Origin: Nemertoderma westbladi | Lineage: Eukaryota; Animalia; Xenacoelomorpha | Assembly (NCBI GenBank): GCA_032718475.1 | Contig: JAUCBJ010002506.1 | Location: 1-64,000 of the forward strand | Direction of reading: 5' to 3' | DNA length: 64,000 nt | Shown here: piece by piece, positions 33,945 through 47,700 of the stretch | Layout: each line of letters opens with the position of its first letter | How positions within the stretch are numbered: the stretch's first letter is position 1 | The notes under the pieces: model-generated | What the model was told of the DNA's origin: nothing | Seen by the model: the letters and a program-made list of their open reading frames with translations, nothing else | Databases searched by the model: none | Program-made: the position numbers and the translations under genes

Positions 33945-35453
33945 ATTATGAGGCTGAAGTTCTATTGCCCAGATATTTCAAATCTTGAACCCACCACAAT
34001 GCAATAGGCCTACTAATATATGTAATGTGTGACCTTGTGTTAACTTTTTGTTCGTAGCATTTTTTTGGGAATATGTTAGATTACAGTAGTCCTCCTATAA
34101 GAACAAACATGCAGTACTATTAGAACAAATTGTACTCATGGGCGGAACTCCAACCTTCAAAACAATAAAGATACATCAAGGGTAAGGAACTCTTCCATTT
34201 TTAGCTAGCATTACAAATCTATACCTATTGAAAGAATAAAGACCCAAATAACTTTTTCGAAGGATTAGGATTTGAAAAAAATAATATAAAAAAACATTAG
34301 TACATTACAGAACCTACCCATGTCAGAATGATATTCATTGGTATTGATGTTATAATTACTTATTACATAAGGTACATTAGCTAGTTATTATTTTTTCTAG
34401 AACAATCTCCAATTGAGGTCCTAGTTACATTATTTAATAACTATTTTTACATCATTGTGTGCAAAGTACAGTAGTACTTTGCAGCGCGCACGCAGCGAGG
34501 GAGGTTTACATAAATAAACAAAGGTCTTTAACGCTAAAAAGTGATCTTTGCAAGCAATGATGTATGTAATTTTGTTACATTATGTCAACTTATCAGCGGT
34601 CTGAATGTGAAAAAAGGATTTTATGGATACTCATTTATACATTTTAATCATGAACTATATAGAATATAAGTGAAATTTATTAACAGATACACAGTATTTA
34701 TTATACATTTAAATCAAATTAAAGTTTATTGGAAGTTATCTCCTGCAAGGATATGATAAATCATTAATCCATCTTGACTATAGTCGACAGAAGCAAACTT
34801 AGTCACCGTCTGTGTCCGTTCAGTTTTAATTAACACTGTCGCCATTTTCTTTGGTCATTGTATAGTCTTCTATTGGACGTTTCGCCGTAATGGATTACAG
34901 TACATGTTAAACAACTATTTATATACAGTAGCTATTCCCGTCACTGCAAACTGGATAATTTAGCAGGAAAGCAGCACTCATTAACATAAATGGAAATAAT
35001 ACATTCTGGAATACGATAATTGAAGTTGTTTCCATGTCATTGATTACTTTGCAGCGTTCCGTCCTATAGGCCGCAACACAACGCTACAAAGTAGTACTTT
35101 GCAGCGTTACGAGTAATTCACCAGAACGCTGTTAAGTTGACATAATGTAACAAAATTTATTAACATATTAGATACACAGTATTAATTATAGGCCTACATT
35201 TATATCTAATTAAAGTTTATTGTTGTTATCTCCTGTATGGATGTGGTAAAACTTTGGTCCATCTTGACCTTGGTCGACTGAAGCAAACTGAGCCATCGTC
35301 TGTATCCATTCAGTTTTACTGAACACTGTCGCCATTTTCTTTGCTCATTTTCTCTAAAGTGTCGTCTATTGGACGGAATACAGTAGGCCTACAGTACATG
35401 TTAAACAATCATTTACATACAGTAGCTAGTCCTGTAGTCCCGTCACTTGAAAC

Positions 35454-35645
35454 GGTTACATCGCGTTTCGGCAACAGTCGCGATTCGGCAAAAAAGTTGC
35501 GTTTCGGCAAAAAAGATGCGTTTCGGCAAAATAAATTCGCGATTCGGCAAAAATTCACGATTCGGCAAAAAAGGTGCGTTTCGGCAAAAAGTGCGTTTCG
35601 GCAACAGTCGCGATTTGGCAAAAAAGTTGCTTTTCGGCAAAAGAT
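35454..35645. repeat. TTCGGCAAAA-type short repeat cluster (probable TE subterminal repeats)
   Basis: About ten copies of (GT/GA)TTCGGCAA at ~20-bp spacing; it truncates the third duplication copy. Confidence 0.65.
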
Positions 35646-37799
35646 AAAGATAAATTCATAGATGTCACTGTGTTAGATCGGGGTTGAATTCAATAACTAA
35701 AATTGTAGTGGTCTTTTTTATTTCAATTATGCAAGGTACAGTAGGTGGTACAGTACTAATATTATTTAATTTTTGGTATGGAATTAATTTGGCACTATTG
35801 TTGCCAGTTGCCACTTAAATATATTCCACGATTCAGCTTAAACAGACTAAGATCAAGGAAATGGGGGGAGGTTATCACTTACATACATTTCGCCGTCTAG
35901 CGGCACTGTTTAACATGGATAACTGTTTATTATTATTATGGATAACCGATTACCGACCCCGCAATAATACAGTGGGGTGTATACGCTGTGCCGACAGTGT
36001 CGGCGTTACGTTGTGTCGACAATGTCAACATTTTCAAAATTTTCATTTCTCATTTCATTTTCAAAAAAAAAATTTAAATTTTCAGTATGAAAAAGAAATC
36101 TCGGTTTTTAAGACATAGGTAGGCCTAATTGTTTGAAAGATGAAATTAAAAATACAGATGAAATTAAAAAAATTATAAATGACACCACCCCTCCCCCCCC
36201 CCGCGCCCCAGGCCAGATAGGGTTAAAGGGGCCTTTTATCCCAATCCCAATAAGCGTTTAGTTAACTTGGCCATTTTGGCGGCCAAAATGACCAAATAAA
36301 TGTACAGTAGTGTATTCCTATGGGCTATTTGGTCATTTCGGCGAGGCGTTTTAACTCGACTCAGCTAAATCCAGAATGTCTGTCTCCTTGGCCATCTATT
36401 TGGTTGATCTGATTAAATGTCGTCTCGCTTTCATTTTTATTATTGACCCGGAAGGAACCGATACAGTTAAAAAAGTTATTTATTGACTATAGTATGTAAA
36501 TTGTTCGTTGGATATTATCAATACTTGACTGAATACATTAGCGTGACTGCATGATTACATATACTATTAGGTACTGTATTATACTTCTGCGCTGGGCTGC
36601 AGTACTAATTAGTTCGCTATCTATCTAAACTATCTAAACTGTCCGCACAACCAGTTGAATACTGGGCTACAAATGAGTTATATACCCATAACCGACATTG
36701 GTTTATTGCCCACACAAATAGAGGCTGTGATTGGACCAGCGTTGTAATCAGCTGATTAGTGTACAGCTGCCAACGCGGCCCTCCTCGCATTCTCGCATCT
36801 CTCATTCTCCTCACTCTGATAATTTTGTGGTGCTTTCAGATTTTGCCCAACTCTCCGTACTAACTCACCTCATCCCTATTTCCTGGTCTTACGAAACTTT
36901 CCATTCTGCCCACCATCACTCTCCCTTAACTCCGATAGGCATATAAAGTACCACTTTATCTGACTCGATCTTTACTCATGCTCTTCCCCATTCTCACACA
37001 CCCCTCTTGTAACTTCACCTTCCTCACTCTCCCCCCGTCCACATATTCTCTACCCTCATGTCCTCCCCCGTTCGTCTGTTATCCTTCCACACCAAATTTC
37101 ATCCAAGCATTGCGCGCTCTAATGTTAGAAATATTAATTTGTCGGGTGTTTCGTCAAACCTAGATGTTAATTGGTCATAAAAAAAAAGTCATTGTCATAG
37201 TCATAGTCATTGGTACGTCATTGTCTCCTCAGTAGCTAATTGTGAAAACAAGTGGATCCAATTTTTAATGTCGTAGTTATCTAATGTAGTAATCTAACGT
37301 AGTTAATATCGTATTATAAGTAATTATCTTAGCGGCCTAAATACTTACTGCGCAATTTACTTCAATTTTTAGTTTAATTTTAATTGCTTTCTGGAGTAAT
37401 TATTTTTTACATTGTAATTTTAATTAATCAAATCAACAATGTTTTATTAACTATATAATAATTTATACATACTATGTAATGTCTCCAACCAAACTATCAC
37501 TAGTGTACACGACATACATTATCTATCCATGTACCTCCTACCTACAAACCTACATACTTTCGTTTTACAGTACAAAACGTACCTTACGCGATATGTATCG
37601 AATTAAAATTAGCACTAACTCTTACACAACACGCACTAGATAATTGTGTATCTGCCTATTTTCCTTTCTACATACTGTAGGGCCTACCTTGTACAATATG
37701 TTGTAACTAAAACTATCACTTTATTTTGTTACGCATTAGATAAATTTATTTTATTATTTTATTTTTATTTTATGAGGCATTGGATATATGGTGGTGGTA

Positions 37800-38290
37800 T
37801 ATACTGGTGACATGTTAATACTCTTGCCAATCTTCAATCACTGCTTGCAATATTATTGTCCGTGACCATAATTAGGTCCCCTTTCTTCAAGTCCTTCTGT
37901 TCCTCTCGCCACTTTTTTCTTCCATTTAGCGTTGGTAGATATTCCCTTATCCACCTTTCCCACAATTCTGTTGTCATAGCGTTTGCTACTTTCCATGTCC
38001 GTTTTGAGAGGTAGTCATCCTTATACAGTATGTGCTGGTGTTATCGGTTCCAACGAATCCGGATCATCATTTAGTGGGCATAGCGGTCTACTATTTATTA
38101 TTCCCTCGCACTTCGCCAGTGCAGTCCTTAAGATGTCCTCTGTCACGACGCGGTCGACTAATAGCGCCTTCATCGCTCGCTTCACGCTCCCTACTAGCCT
38201 CTCTAAGAATCATGTGGTGTGCGGCGCATTTGACGTCCGCATTGACCACTCTTTTTCGTGTTTTCTTACCGAAGACTCCACGTGTTTTTG
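37800..38290 (-). mobile_element. BEL/Pao LTR-retrotransposon integrase/C-terminal remnant
   Basis: Minus-strand translation: NAPH..*FLERLVGSVKRAM...EGIINSRPL...DDPDSLEPITPAH...LWERWIREYLPTL..RKKW...LKKGDLIMV...*RLARV, with stops and a frameshift. Confidence 0.88.
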
Positions 38291-38439
38291 ATTATATTAT
38301 TCCGCTGCTTCCCTTAATTCCCTTTCAGCTCCCACAAAGTTCGTTCCATTATCCGAGTATAACTTTTTATTACTCCTCCTCTTCTGGTTGTGAAACGTTC
38401 GAGCGCATTATGTGTCTGTCGTTCTGTTGTGTTCAATTT

Positions 38440-40323
38440 TTAACGTTAATACCTCAGCCAAATGTTAATGAAATCTATCCAAACTTGGAACACATGTAGT
38501 CTGGAAAAAGTTTATAAATTTTCCAAGTTAAATTTCCGTGTGGCCTTATAATAGCAGTTAATAAGTTAATTAAGTTGATTAGGGTAAAAACAGCATTTTC
38601 AAACTGCCTCTTAAAGGATATTAATTATTTTCTAGTATAAGATTTAAATAATTATACTTAAAAATTATACAACTGTATTCCCCATACCCCATTCCATTAT
38701 AGTTTTTAATTAGTTCAAGAGATTTGCTTTAAGGAATGTGATTTTAATTGATCTAAACGTAACTTAATGAACTAAACGTAATGCCCCTTCTCCAGTTATT
38801 TTCTCCCTCCTTTCGTTGGAATACTTGCAATAGCAAGCATGCCTAGCCTAGCTTGGAAGGGGAACCAGTCCAACCACACCTCACCTCAACTCAAAGGCAG
38901 CTTTGTAATAAGCCAGACTAATAAGCCAGCTTGGTTATTGTGTTTAGCTTACAAAATGATTGGCCGAGTACTTAATCATGATTCTTCAGAATAATTAACT
39001 ACATAATGACATAATAAATTAATATCTCAGTATCAATACTATCGGCATAAGGTTAGTTTTATATTTCTTACAAATTGGGTGGCCTCCACGCCTAAAAATT
39101 TAATATATTACTTTATGAGTTTAACATGTAATGAGTTTATTGATTTCTTTGTTGGTCTGCCTTTCATCAATCCTGTGTGCGCCTTTGGGTTGGGTTGGTG
39201 CAGATAGGGAGGGAGGTTAAGGGGGGGGGGGGGGGGGGGGGCTTTTCCCTCTCTTTGATTTACTGGTGTTTGGTTAAATTTCTTCGATACCGAGTTTACG
39301 ATACAGTAAAATCGCTCAATATTAATCTGTATCTCATAACTGGGCCTCGTGCTGCGTGAAGGGCCGACGGACGTGTTTTTTTTGTTGATCTGTTATGTTC
39401 CAACTTTAAACGTTACTAACTCCGCCACTCCTCGATGAAATCTAACTAAACTTGGTACACATTTTGTTTGGCAAAAGTTTAGAAATTTAAATAAAGGAAG
39501 ATAAATTCAGTTAATTAGTAGATTTAGGGTAAAAACAGCATTTTCAACCAGCCTTTTAATGGAAATTAATTATTTTATAGTATAAGATATAAATAATTCT
39601 ACTTAAAAAATATACAGCTGTTATCCCCATACCCCATTCCATGGTAGTTTTTAATTAGTTCAAGTGATTTGCTTTAATAAATGTGTTTATAATTGATCTA
39701 AACATAATTAAGTTATCAAAATGCATTCCTTCACTCTACTTCCAACTCCATCATTCCTTGGCATGCTTGCTATTGCCTATTAGTTGGGAACCAGTACAAT
39801 CTTCTCACAACTACTTGGCAACGGGTAATTACATCTATAGGACATAGGCAGGCACTACTAGTGTAAGGTGTGAGACTACCAATAAGCAAGCTTGCTTTAT
39901 CTCGCAAAATGTTTGCCTGGGTATTTAATCGTGATTTTTTAGAATAATTAGCTGCTACATTATTTCGTTGAGGTGTTGACATGATAAATTAATATTTCAG
40001 TATCTATACTAACGGCATAAGGTAAGTTTTAATATTTCTTACAGATTGGGTCACCTCTATGCCAAAATTTAAAATTTAATTTCCCGTTGCCGTTACAATC
40101 ACAAATCCTCTGTGCGCTTTTGGGTTGGGGTGGTGCAGATTAAGAGGGGGGTTGAATGGGGGACTTTCCTCTCTTCTTTAATTTATTCTTATTCTGTTAT
40201 TGGCGGTTTGGTTAAATTTCTTAAATACCGATTGTGGGGTAGAATTGCTCAATTTTAATCTGTATCTGATAACTGAACCTCGTGCTGCACGAAGGCCCCA
40301 CGAACGTGTAAGAGTCCCTCTAG
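38440..40323 (+). repeat. Two diverged head-to-tail copies (~950 bp) of a non-autonomous repeat, possibly Helitron-like
   Basis: Paired blocks at 38470/39438 (AAACTTGG.ACACAT), 38580/39526 (TAGGGTAAAAACAGCATTTTCAA) and 39328/40260; the second copy ends in CTAG. Confidence 0.6.
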
Positions 40324-40465
40324 AGATATAATTAAAGATTAGCAATGGGATTATGTCGCCCGAATACGAAAAAATCTGCAACCATTCAATATATTATTAT
40401 TATTATATTGCACAAATAAATACCACATACCAAACTATAAAGAGAAAGGGTAGCATATTACTTAA

Positions 40466-41538
40466 GGGCCTGACTTTTTTTCATCATTTTTTTTAATGTG
40501 TTATCCGATGTAAAATGTTATGGTGATTCCGAATCTGGAATCAGTTTTTCGATAAGTTGTTTTGTTCTCGAGTTATGGCAACGTTTGTAATTTTCGACAA
40601 ATTTTTAATTTTGGTGTCACAGCACCACATTTGACACCAAAAAAGACCATTAAACACCCAGAAATGTCGAAATATTTTGCCATTTTCGGAATCAGAGCCG
40701 AGAAGATCATTATTGAAAAATTTTAAAAAAATCTCACTTTTGGTGCCTGTTTGGTCAGTTGTAATCAGGAGGAAATTTAAAACACATTTTTCTCGGTTTA
40801 TCATTTTTTTCCTACTAGTTAGGTAATTTTTAACCTAATTTAATTCTGTTTGCGTTTTTTCGAAGATCCTGGTGTCGCCAACAAACGATACAACACCAGA
40901 TTTATTTTTTTTTAATTATATCAAAAGTTACAGCATTTAAAATATCAAAATATGCTAAAAATTCGAGTATTTTCAAAATTCGGATATTTTTAGCATAATT
41001 TTGATATTTTAAATGCTGTAACTTTTGATATAATTAAAAAAAATAAGTCTGGTAGTATCGTTTGTTGGCGACACCAGGAGCTTCGAAAAAACCCAAACAG
41101 AATTAAAATCGGTTAAAAATTACAGAACTAGTAGGGAATTATGTGAAAAAAATGATAAACCGAGAAAAACGTGTTTTAAATTTCCTCCTGATTACAACTG
41201 ACCAAACATGCACTAAAAGTGAGATTTTTCTTAAATTTTTCAAAAATGATATTTTTTATGGTTTTGATACCCACAGGCTAATTTTCGGTGCTGATTGCGA
41301 AAATGGGAAAAAATTTCTACATTTCTGGATGTTTGACGGTCTTTTTTGGTGTCAAATAAGGTGCTGCACCAAAATTGAAAATTTTCAAATTTTGGATGAA
41401 AATTACAAAAGTTGCCATAACTCGAGAACAAAACAACTTATCGAAAAACTGATTTCAGATTTGGAATCACCACAAAAATTTACATCGGAAAACACATTTA
41501 AAAAAATCTGATGAAAAAAAACAAGGGGTAAACCCCCC
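40466..41538. mobile_element. Foldback/MITE (~1.07-kb imperfect palindrome) flanked by TTAA, Kolobok-like
   Basis: TTAA-GGG...CCC-TTAA; the ~500-bp arms are reverse complements around a centre at ~40970. Confidence 0.8.
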
Positions 41539-41689
41539 TTAAGGGCACGCAAAATGACTAAAATCAAAAGTGAACAAAGAAGGAAATTCAATATATATAA
41601 TAGTAATGCAACCGAAATACAATTAATAACAAATAAATAAAACAGAAAATAAATAAAACAGAAAATGAATCAAACAGATAATACTTTAT

Positions 41690-42350
41690 CCTTAAATTGG
41701 TAATTTTTCGCTCGAATATACCCCAAAATCGGGAGAAAAAGGAGTACTTTTTTCCCTAGGAAAAATAAGTAATCCATATAATGGCATTCATTTTACTTTT
41801 TTCCCGGCGAAAAAATGTAAAATATAATTATTTATTGCATGGGAAAAAAAGTAGAAAAAACGTCTAAGAGTTTAGAAAAAGTTTTTTTCCCATGTAATAC
41901 GTAATTTCATTCTTAAATTTGTAATTTTTTGTTGCTCAATTATTTAATAAAATATAGAGCGATATAGTGATGCAAAATAAATTGAACTGTACATAGAATT
42001 TTATTCTATTGCTTCCATAGTTACTGCAATTCAAATTATTGTACTCTTCAACCCCTGATGCTGCTTTACTCAATGGATATTGAGTTCCGTTTTGGAGTTC
42101 GCCTTTCAGACACTAAAGTTGCAATTACTTTGAGTGTGTGAATGGATTTTGCTCAAATTACTTGCAAACCTTTTCTACTTCGATATTCTAACAACACAGG
42201 TAATACAATTGAAGAAATTCAACCAAAAATATTTCCACATTTTATTAGACTTTTTCCGCAAGGAAAATAAGTATGGGTTACATTTTTCCTTAGGTAAAAA
42301 TGTACTCATATTTTATGGTATATTCGGTGGAAAAAGTAACAATATTAGAA
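41690..42350. mobile_element. Older degenerate inverted-repeat element
   Basis: GAGTACTTTTTTCCCTAGGAAAAATAAGTAATCCATA (~41743) pairs with TATGGGTTACATTTTTCCTTAGGTAAAAATGTACTC (~42272). Confidence 0.55.
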
Positions 42351-43375
42351 TAAAATTGTTTGGCTCGATATGATAAGAATTGTAGAAATGTAAATGTAAG
42401 AAAATTTGAAATCTACATTAGGTCCTTAAAAATTTTTTTGACACATTTTAGTCATTTACTATATAATGTAAGAAAGTTTTCACTGCACGTTATAATTGAA
42501 CTGTATTGCCTACAATAGGCCCTGGAACATTTAAATTAATCATCATGCAACGAAAAAATCCATAATATGACCTAAAAAACATATTAGATATGTAACCTAT
42601 TCATAATAGACAGAGCCAAAATAACATCTAATATTATATACACCAACTTGTTACTCCCATATATAACAATTAAGAAAAGTCTTCACTGCACCACATTTCC
42701 TATAAATTATTTCATCTGTAGAAATTTCAACCCCAATCACTGATGTTGATGTAATTCGTACGTCATGTTTAGTAATACAGCGCAACCGGTGAAAATAAAC
42801 AGTGGTTAAATAACTTAATGACTACCAATATCAATAGACTGTATTTACATTTTAAATTTCAATTAATTCCAAAGTCAAATTTGTTAGGGTAAATCAAAAG
42901 TGCCATATCTAACCCAAATTGAAGCCAAAGATATGTTTCAAGTTTCATGCCATTAAGAAATATACCAAAAAATGGGAAGTTATTCAGAAAAATTTTAATA
43001 CATTAGGAGACGTGACGTAACTATTACGTATGGGGCTACAGCTACACTCGGTTGGCATGTCATGATAATAACATCTAAACAATAAACAACTAATTTAATA
43101 AGTAACATATTATAAAATAAAGTACTTACTTAGGCTATATAAAACAGTAGCTTAGTGCTCGAAAATCTGAGACAAAATGTGAATAAATGTACAAAAAGAA
43201 TACAAATAGAAATACATCGAATAAAGTTTCTGCTGAGCGAATATTGTGAGACTTATACTTAAAAAAAACCTGTCGTACTGTTATTACTTCAACTTATATC
43301 ACCTTAACGCCATTACCACCTTCATTCACACTTATACGACGCGTCGTGTCCCGTAAAACTCACGATAAGTCCAGC

Positions 43376-44749
43376 TCAAACGGTTATGTCTGCAGTTGGG
43401 GTGATAAAGCAGGAAATGTGGGAGTTAGGAGAGCAATCTTCGTAGGATTTAACTAAACTCTCGAGCGCTTTAAACAGATAATGGTAGTCGCCTTTGTTGT
43501 TGAATATGTTGGGTCGTTTCATGTAGTAAAGTTTAACGGTCTGGTACACGTCAACCGAACCGGTTTTATCGAGCTGTTGTTTAAGCGTTGTCAACGCGCA
43601 GAAAGTGCCGCCCTGGATAGAACCGAAGCGATCGACCACAGTGATAGGGCCGTCGTAATTCTCGTGCCATTGTAGCAGCGTGTTAACCAATTGGAAGGAG
43701 TTGATAACAGGTACCAACCCATCCGGCCAATGGGAACACTGGAACAATCGAACTTCTAGAACGTAATCATCTTGGGTCGATTCCAGAATAAAATCTCGCA
43801 CTGTAAGGTCAGCTTGCTGCTCTTCCAAAGCTAAACTAACTGTGAAACTTCCGCATTCCATTTTAGACTCGGCTTTTGGCCAGAATATCGGTTCCTCGTC
43901 ATCTGCATTCCGAGCGGAACCAACCGAACTCAACAGAACAATCGTCTGCGAATTTTGATCCCAAATCATCTGCCAGAAATCGTTGATGGTTGTGGCGAGG
44001 GGATGCTGGGTGAGGATGAACCCGGTGACGCTCGAGTGTCCCTGCAGGAAGGTCGCGTTGATGTAATCGGAGCCTTCGACCCCGGGTTTGGGCGTCACGG
44101 AGACCCGATAGCGGTCGGTGGGGAGCAAATCGGGGTTGCGGTTCTTCGACTTGTTGCAGGGTTTCCTCGCGGCCTGGGCGTCGTACTCGGTGGCCTCGTG
44201 CAGTTGGATCTGCATGAACTGGCGCTCGAGTGGCGTCATCCCGGTCCCTTTACTCGGCTGCAGCAGGTAGCGGCAGTGCGCCGAGAGCTCCGCAACCGGG
44301 ATCTCCGTGTCCCCGGATTCGATAAACTCGAGGAGGGCGTCGTGGATGAATATGTACTGCTCCTCGGTCTGCACGCTGAAGGTGCGCTGCGAACGGATGT
44401 GCCGCAGGAAGCCGAGCACGTTGACGGACCTCCGTTGCTGCAGCATCCGCAGCATCGCGTCGATGACGATGTAGGTGCCTGTGCGGCCCACCCCCGCGGA
44501 GCAGTGGACCACCACGGGGCCCGAGTTGCCCCCCGCGGCCGCCATGGACCGGCGGATGAAGGTGAGAACCGGCAGTGCGAACGCCGGCGTCCCGTGGTCC
44601 GGCCACTGCGTGTAGTGCCATTGGGTCACCGACTTCTCGTAATTGGGCGCCCCCTGACGGCCGACTCGACGAGATTTTGTCGAAGTGTCGCGGATGAAGA
44701 ATGTGCGAACCGTGTAGTTGGCCATCACCTGGTTGTCGCGGAAGGTTAC
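43376..44749 (-). CDS. Ptp99A: Receptor tyrosine phosphatase, coding exon 2 (C-terminal half of D1 and pseudophosphatase D2)
   Basis: Acceptor ttacAG|GTAACC; WPDHG, VVHCSAGVGRTG, VQTEEQY; D2 has TPKPGVEGSDYINA and VVDRFG (no catalytic Cys), as in Ptp99A/R5 PTPs. Confidence 0.92.
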   Translation of the reverse strand, partial: VTFRDNQVMANYTVRTFFIRDTSTKSRRVGRQGAPNYEKSVTQWHYTQWPDHGTPAFALPVLTFIRRSMAAAGGNSGPVVVHCSAGVGRTGTYIVIDAMLRMLQQRRSVNVLGFLRHIRSQRTFSVQTEEQYIFIHDALLEFIESGDTEIPVAELSAHCRYLLQPSKGTGMTPLERQFMQIQLHEATEYDAQAARKPCNKSKNRNPDLLPTDRYRVSVTPKPGVEGSDYINATFLQGHSSVTGFILTQHPLATTINDFWQMIWDQNSQTIVLLSSVGSARNADDEEPIFWPKAESKMECGSFTVSLALEEQQADLTVRDFILESTQDDYVLEVRLFQCSHWPDGLVPVINSFQLVNTLLQWHENYDGPITVVDRFGSIQGGTFCALTTLKQQLDKTGSVDVYQTVKLYYMKRPNIFNNKGDYHYLFKALESLVKSYEDCSPNSHISCFITPTADITV

Positions 44750-47700
44750 CTGTAAGTAAGTAAATATACATTAAATCGACTATGCATGCATATCACTCAG
44801 CGCGATGAATGCTTACCCAAATTTTCATACTTAATACTGACAATGCCTTTGTGACAATACACTATATCACCGACTCTTTACAAGCCCCACAAATATCGGT
44901 AACCGAGACAGCGACCACTGCTACTCAGTACTCTTCCATGGATATCTTACATGGAAATGGAAGATATCCATATCTTCCATGGCTGACCACAGCTACTCTT
45001 CCATAGATATTAAGATAAGGCACCGTCTGCCTGCATACAAGGTCCCATTTCTTAGCTATATAGAGAAGGGTTGTTAGAACACCACGCACTACGCCTTTGT
45101 GGGGAAGTCGAGGATGAAGAACACCGAATTTTCCATGAAGAATACCTAGTTTTCCAAATACACTATATTTAATTTGTACGCCCCCCCCCCCCCCCCACAC
45201 ACACTATATTTACCTGTATGCTCCCCCCCCCCCACACACTATATTTACCTGTATGCTCCTCTCCACACACTATATTTACCTGTTTGCTCCCCTCTCACAC
45301 ACTATATTTACCTGTATGCTCCCCTTCCACACACTGTATTTACCTGTATGCTCCCCTCCCACACACTATATTTACATGTACGCTCCCCTCCATACACTAT
45401 ATTTACCTGTATGCTCCTCTCCCACACACTATATTTACCTGTATGCTCCCCTGCCATACAATATATTTACCTGTATGCTCCCCTCCCATACAATTTATAT
45501 ACGTGTATACTCCCCTCCCACACACTATATTTACATGTACGCTCCCCTCCATACACTATATTTACCTGTATACTCCTCTCCCACACACTATATTTACCTC
45601 TGTACGCTCCCCTCCCACACACTATATTTACCTGTATGCTCCCCTTCCACACACTATATTTACCTGTATGCTCCCCTCCCACACACTATATTTACCTGTA
45701 TGCTCCCCTCACACACACTATATTTACCTGTATGCTCCCCTCCCACACACTATATTTACCTGTATGCTCCCCTTCCACACACTATATTTACCTGTATGCT
45801 CCCCTCCCACACACTATATTTACCTGTATGCTCCCCTCCCACACACTATATTTACCTGTATGCTCCCCTCCCACACACTATATTTACCTGTATGCTCCCC
45901 TCACACACACTATATTGACCTGTATGCTCCCCTTCCACACACTGCATTTACCTGTATGCTCCCCTTCCACACATTATATTTACCTGTATGATCCCCTCCC
46001 ACACACTATATTTACCTGTATGCTCCCCTTCCACACACTATATTTACGTGTATGCTCCCCTCCCATACAATATATTTACCTGTATGCTCCCCTTCCACAC
46101 ACTATATTTACCTGTATGCTCCCCTTCCACACACTATATTTACGTGTATGCTCCCCTCCCATACAATATATTTACCTGTATGCTCCCCTTCCACACACTA
46201 TATTTACCTGTATGCTCCCCTTCCACACATTATATTTACCTGTATGATCCCCTCCCACACACTATATTTACCTGTATGCTCCCCTTCCACACACTATATT
46301 TACGTGTATGCTCCCCTCCCATACAATATATTTACCTGTATGCTCCCCTCCCACACACTATATTTACCTGTATGCTCCCCTCCCACACACTATATTTACC
46401 TGTATGCTCCCCTCCCACACACTATATTTACCTGTATGCTCCCCTCACACACACTATATTGACCTGTATGCTCCCCTTCCACACACTGCATTTACCTGTA
46501 TGCTCCCCTCCCATACAATATATTTACCTGTATGCTCCCCTCCCACACACTATATTTACCTGTATGCTCCCCTCCCACACACTATATTTACCTGTATGCT
46601 CCCCTCCCACACACTATATTTACCTGTATGCTCCCCTCACACACACTATATTGACCTGTATGCTCCCCTTCCACACACTGCATTTACCTGTATGCTCCCC
46701 TTCCACACACTGCATTTACCTGTATGCTCCCCTTCCACACATTATATTTACCTGTATGATCCCCTCCCACACACTATATTTACCTGTATGCTCCCCTTCC
46801 ACACACTATATTTACGTGTATGCTCCCCTCCCATACAATATATTTACCTGTATGCTCCCCTCCCACACACTATATTTACCTGTATGCTCCCCTCCCACAC
46901 ACTATATTTACCTGTATGCTCCCCTCCCACACACTATATTTACCTGTATGCTCCCCTCACACACACTATATTGACCTGTATGCTCCCCTTCCACACACTG
47001 CATTTACCTGTATGCTCCCCTTCCACACATTATATTTACCTGTATGATCCCCTCCCACACATTATATTTACCTGTATGCTCCCCTCCCACACACTATATT
47101 TACCTGTATACTCCCCTCCCACACACTATATTTACCTGTATGCTCCCCTTCCACACATTATATTTACCTGTATGATCCCCTCCCACACACTATATTTACC
47201 TGTTTGCTCCCCTCTCACACACTATATTTACCTGTATGCTCCCCTCCCACACACTATATTTACCTCTGTACGCTCCCCTCCCACACACTATATTTACCTG
47301 TATGCTCTCCTTCCACACATTATATTTACCTGTATGCTCCCCTCCCACACACTATATTTATATGTATGCTCCCCTCCATACACTATATTTACCTGTATAC
47401 TCCCCTCCCACACACTATATTTACCTGTATGCTCCCCTTCCACACACTGCATTTACCTGTATGCACCCCTCCCACACACTATATTTACCTGTATGCTCCC
47501 CTCCATACACTATATTTACCTGTATGCTCCCCTGCCATGACACTATATTTACCTGTATGCTCCCCTCCATACACTATATTTACCTGTGTATACTCCCCTC
47601 CCACACACTATATTGACCTGTATGCTCCCCTTCCACACACTGCATTTACCTGTATGCTCCCCTTCCACACATTATATTTACCTGTTTGCTCCCCTTCCAC

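Larger units (their letters stand above)
32137..34992. repeat. Segmental duplication, copy B; a third partial copy of the upstream flank lies at ~35150-35447
   Basis: Collinear with 19173-22215. Confidence 0.9.
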
